DNA of 39,046 bases, taken from a virus (taxonomy: Duplodnaviria > Caudoviricetes). Position numbers and translations under genes: made by a program. The stretch spans positions 1 to 39,046 of the IMG/VR virus record IMGVR_UViG_3300032329_000529; one strand, written 5' to 3'. Positions 35,946 through 39,046 of this stretch are shown here, in pieces. The first letter of the stretch is position 1; the number at the start of each line of letters is the position of its first letter. Under the pieces are notes generated by a model that was not told the origin of the DNA, did no database searches, and saw only the letters and a program-made list of their open reading frames with translations.

Positions 35946-37187
35946 ATGTCTACCGATAAGGAAAAAAGTAAAGGGAAAGTTGAATTAATAAAGGAGTATT
36001 ATTTAGCTAATCAGTCCGAAGATTTACAAGTAATTTCCGATAAGTTCAAAAGCAGTAAACACACAGTATCGAATATTGTATCGTCTCTTCGAAAAGAGGG
36101 TAAAGTTCCACCATTGCCAGAAGGTTATAATAAAGGCAAAAGAGATAAACATAAGGCATTAGAGCAAGAGTGTGAAGTAACAGGATTACCCGCTGAAAGA
36201 GTATCGCATTATTGGTGGAAAACAAAAGACGCATCTATATTTGTCAAGTGTGAACCTAATGAAGAAATCGACATTTTAAATCAAATAGAGGACTTAATAA
36301 CCGAAAGATTAACAACTAGAATACAAATACCAATAGACCCTAAAGAAAGCTGCCAAAAAGCATTAAAAGTAACCATTTCCGATGCGCACGTGGGTTTAGA
36401 ACCAAACCCCAATGGTTACGGAATTTATAACTACAAATACAACGCTGATATATTCTTTCAAAACTTAGATAGCGTTTACAATTCTGTTATAGCTAAATAT
36501 AATCAATTCGGGAAATTTGACACTTTATTTATTGATGACTTAGGGGATGGGTTAGACGGATGGAACGGATTAACTACTCGTGGCGGTCACGACTTACCAC
36601 AAAATATGAGTAACGTAGATGCCTTTAAAACTTTCGTTACAGGAAAACTAAATTTAATCGAAAGGCTAATAGCCGCTAATGTATCGGATAACATAGAGTG
36701 CCGTAATGTGTCAAATGATAACCATAGCGGAGACTTTGCAAGGATAGCGAATGAGACTATCAAAATGATATTAGATAGGATTTACGGTGAAGGACAAATA
36801 GGATTTAAGATACTCAATAAATTTGTTGAGCATTTTTTTTATGGCGACCACTGCTTTATCCTTACTCACGGGAAAGACGAAAAGCAAAGAGTTAAAAATC
36901 TATCTTTAGACCTTACACCAGCTATTGTAGAATTTTTTAGAAGTTACATTGATTATCACGGTATTAATTCAAAGTTTATTCATGTAGATAAAGGAGATTT
37001 GCACCAATTAGGATATAAGCGTTGTAATAAGTTCGATTACCGCAATTATATGTCATTTGCGCCGCCATCCTTTCACAGTAGCCATAATTACAACGGCTCT
37101 TATAGTGGCTATTCAATTCAAGTAATAGACAAACATTCAGCAACGGTAAGCCATGAAGATTATTTCTTTGATTTGACTAAGTTATAG
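35946..37187 (+). CDS. Calcineurin-like metallophosphoesterase with N-terminal HTH
   Basis: SDAHVG, LGDGLDG, NDNH, THG and GDLH metal-binding motifs. Confidence 0.85.
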   Translation: MSTDKEKSKGKVELIKEYYLANQSEDLQVISDKFKSSKHTVSNIVSSLRKEGKVPPLPEGYNKGKRDKHKALEQECEVTGLPAERVSHYWWKTKDASIFVKCEPNEEIDILNQIEDLITERLTTRIQIPIDPKESCQKALKVTISDAHVGLEPNPNGYGIYNYKYNADIFFQNLDSVYNSVIAKYNQFGKFDTLFIDDLGDGLDGWNGLTTRGGHDLPQNMSNVDAFKTFVTGKLNLIERLIAANVSDNIECRNVSNDNHSGDFARIANETIKMILDRIYGEGQIGFKILNKFVEHFFYGDHCFILTHGKDEKQRVKNLSLDLTPAIVEFFRSYIDYHGINSKFIHVDKGDLHQLGYKRCNKFDYRNYMSFAPPSFHSSHNYNGSYSGYSIQVIDKHSATVSHEDYFFDLTKL

Positions 37188-37391
37188 TTTACAATACACT
37201 ACAAATAACGTAGTAAAATGCAAACATTAATACCAATATAAGCCTTAATGTTGCCATATTACTACAAAGCGTTCACGTTTACATGAACAGTCAAGTTTTG
37301 TGTACAAAATACTTGATAAATCCTATCAACAAAATCATGTAAAATAAAGCCATATTTGTCGATAGAATGTTGATAGAAAATGTTGATAGAA
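37188..37391. repeat. Array of five imperfect palindromes plus three TGTYGATAGAA direct repeats
   Basis: Inverted repeats at 37188-217, 37218-257, 37271-288, 37291-316 and 37320-368. Confidence 0.7.
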
Positions 37392-37393
37392 AT

Positions 37394-37422
37394 AAAAAAA
37401 GCGTCCCCCATTGGTAACGCTT
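37394..37422 (-). terminator. Intrinsic terminator of the leftward operon
   Basis: Minus strand AAGCGUU-accaaugggg-GACGCUU plus U run. Confidence 0.7.
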
Positions 37423-37521
37423 CAAAGCAAAAGAAATGACCAGTAAGCTGTTCTAATGGGAAACAATCATTATATAAATGATGTTTACTGCAATAAAATT
37501 AATTAATTTATTTCTCATTGT

Positions 37522-37707
37522 CTATAATTCATTTGGTGTCTTAATGCGAGGTAAATCTAAAAATTCGAAGTCCTCTTCCTTTAAGTATAAACCACTATGG
37601 CAAGTACAAACATCCCCGTCACTATCTATATATGCTATGATAATTATTTTTTCTTTTTTGTACTTTTCATAAACCCAATAGTATCCGCTTTCTCGTGTCA
37701 TAATCAT
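37522..37707 (-). CDS. Hypothetical protein
   Basis: 61 aa with a RESGYYWV motif. Confidence 0.65.
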   Translation of the reverse strand: MIMTRESGYYWVYEKYKKEKIIIIAYIDSDGDVCTCHSGLYLKEEDFEFLDLPRIKTPNEL

Positions 37708-37907
37708 TCTTGTTTATAAGTTTCATTGTAATAATTGTCATCATACCTTCCATTTTCACCATGAGATAATCCTTTATTGTATGCATCAGTTATTTGCTGT
37801 TTTTCGAGTTCTTTTGCTAAAATACAAGCCTTTACTAAATCATTACCGATAAAGTATTGGCTATTTTTCATAAATTCTATTATAGTATCTACTGCTGTTT
37901 TACTCAT
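37704..37907 (-). CDS. Hypothetical phage protein (KTAV...AKELEKQQI.DAY type)
   Basis: 67 aa; resembles a small-protein pattern I associate with Bacteroidota phages. Confidence 0.75.
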   Translation of the reverse strand: MSKTAVDTIIEFMKNSQYFIGNDLVKACILAKELEKQQITDAYNKGLSHGENGRYDDNYYNETYKQE

Positions 37908-37909
37908 AA

Positions 37910-38143
37910 TTATTGTTTATAAGTGTCTTTAAGTTTATACTTATTTTTACTGCCAGAAATTAATTCTATAATACTATGTTTCTTTAAAAAATTAACAGTA
38001 GGCTTGTGTATTGAAATGATAAGGCATATATTATTTTGCCAAACTTTACTCCAATGATAGTAACCGCTTTCTAGTAAATAAGCATCTTCTTTACTAAGTT
38101 ATTCCACTACATTCATTTGAGCTGCTGATAGTTTAATTTTCAT
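37910..38143 (-). pseudogene. 77-codon gene with an internal TAA at codon 15
   Basis: MKIKLSAAQMNVVE*LSKEDAYLLESG...KYKLKDTYKQ fills the operon gap exactly. Confidence 0.55.
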
Positions 38144-38292
38144 AATTAATATTCTTTAAAAAATTCCAAATAACCTTCATCTAGCATTAATTGTTTGATA
38201 GATTCGAGCGTTTCGTTATCATTATCTCTGCCAAATAACCAACGCTCTAAGAGTGATTCTATTTGTGATAGTGTTTCTTTTTCAGTCATAAT

Positions 38293-38517
38293 TTACATTT
38301 TTTCAAGTTCAGATAAAATTTTATTACAATAATCACTAGTTAAATAGTCGGCTACAAAAATGCCTAAATTACTCCAATATTTAATACTAAATGTACTTTC
38401 TATATTAGATTCTACTTGAATTATTGCGCATTTAATAGCTTGATAATCAAACCGTACATATTTATTGTATTTTCTTACAATTTTAATTGCCTTTTCTTTT
38501 GCTTCGATGTTTGTCAT
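38293..38517 (-). CDS. Hypothetical phage protein
   Basis: 74 aa, AKEKA...AIKCAII.V pattern. Confidence 0.7.
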   Translation of the reverse strand: MTNIEAKEKAIKIVRKYNKYVRFDYQAIKCAIIQVESNIESTFSIKYWSNLGIFVADYLTSDYCNKILSELEKM

Positions 38518-38735
38518 AATTTACATCTATTTTTTACTGACTGCCTTTGTTTCCTGTTAAGATTAATTTCTTTTAAATCTGTACGGTAAAGTCTAGTGTG
38601 TACGTCGTAGTACCATATTTGACCTTTTACCACTCGTTTGAGCCTATTTTTTACTTGCCAATTTTTGTACCTATGTACCATATTAGCATTTACCATTGTA
38701 CGCATAAATACTTGATGTTTTGTTTTTAATCCCAT
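38514..38735 (-). CDS. Hypothetical basic protein
   Basis: 73 aa, overlaps its neighbours. Confidence 0.55.
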   Translation of the reverse strand: MGLKTKHQVFMRTMVNANMVHRYKNWQVKNRLKRVVKGQIWYYDVHTRLYRTDLKEINLNRKQRQSVKNRCKL

Positions 38736-39046
38736 TTTACTTCAATTTCTTTGCCTATAGTAAATAATCTGATTAATTGTTGTAATTGATGCAAGTATTG
38801 AATAGTGCATCTTTCATCATAAAAAAATCCATTATCTCTCTCCCACAAAACTATATCATCAGTAATATAATAGCCACCAGTACCAACTTTTACTACTCCA
38901 TCTATCCTCTCCATTATTTCGGGAGTTAGTTTGATGTGTTTAATATTAGCAAATGCAGGATTAACATCTAAGGTAAGTAGTGTAATTGGACTAACTTTAA
39001 ATTCAACATCATTTCTTAATACCCAATCCCCGACCATTAATTTTAA
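38726..39046 (-). CDS. Hypothetical phage protein (LMVGDWV...I.LTPEI...YLHQLQ type); open to the window end
   Basis: 103 aa from ATG 39037; the frame stays open to 39046. Confidence 0.75.
   Translation of the reverse strand, partial: LKLMVGDWVLRNDVEFKVSPITLLTLDVNPAFANIKHIKLTPEIMERIDGVVKVGTGGYYITDDIVLWERDNGFFYDERCTIQYLHQLQQLIRLFTIGKEIEVKWD

Larger units (their letters stand above)
1..39046. mobile_element. Probable complete tailed phage genome (siphovirus-like) infecting Bacteroidota
   Basis: TerS/TerL, portal, protease, MCP, tape measure, fibre, lysis and replication genes are all present. No host housekeeping genes seen. TAnnTTTG promoters occur throughout. Confidence 0.93.

Noticed and set aside
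37188-37391. CRISPR array or attP site
   Set aside because: The palindromes differ from each other, there is no repeat-spacer periodicity, and no cas or integrase gene is present.
37478-37672. Plus-strand 64-aa ORF
   Set aside because: Antisense to the better-supported 37522-37707 gene of the leftward operon.
1-39046. Alternative genetic code (stop-codon reassignment)
   Set aside because: All long genes are intact in code 11. TAG and TGA act as true stops (e.g. ATGA overlaps at 17648 and 29985). The two internal stops found are different codons.

Overview
AT-rich (roughly 30% GC by eye) tailed dsDNA phage genome, probably complete and circularly permuted: a minus-strand ORF reads in frame across the end/start junction. 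The host is almost certainly Bacteroidota, judged from recurrent TAnnTTTG -7 promoters, no obvious Shine-Dalgarno sites, and Sec signal peptides with Gln at +1. Layout: (1) small leftward early genes at 37.5-39.0 kb and 0-1.4 kb, then a divergent promoter; (2) a rightward early/replication block (C5 MTase, Sak4-like ATPase, SSB, dCTP deaminase, HNH, initiator with iterons, primase-helicase, nuclease, DnaA-domain-IV protein); (3) ParB-MTase, TerS and TerL, then tail genes and tape measure; (4) protease, scaffold, MCP, major tail protein, portal, adaptor, terminator and fibre; (5) lysis genes (2 holin-like, u-spanin, GH24 endolysin) and a metallophosphoesterase. No integrase, CI-type repressor, tRNA or CRISPR array was recognised. 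The most striking unexplained signals are: a promoter-plus-terminator-bounded ~55-nt antisense RNA (20777-20830, minus strand) complementary to an AAATTAGAAA-n-ATG start motif shared by about ten early/accessory genes; a ~250-nt multi-helix, pseudoknotted ncRNA candidate in the lysis cassette; two kissing-loop terminator elements; a tail fibre and partner protein that both carry Sec signal peptides; an array of five imperfect palindromes; and a reciprocal Walker A/B residue swap in the helicase. All calls come from reading by eye; no searches or folding programs were run.
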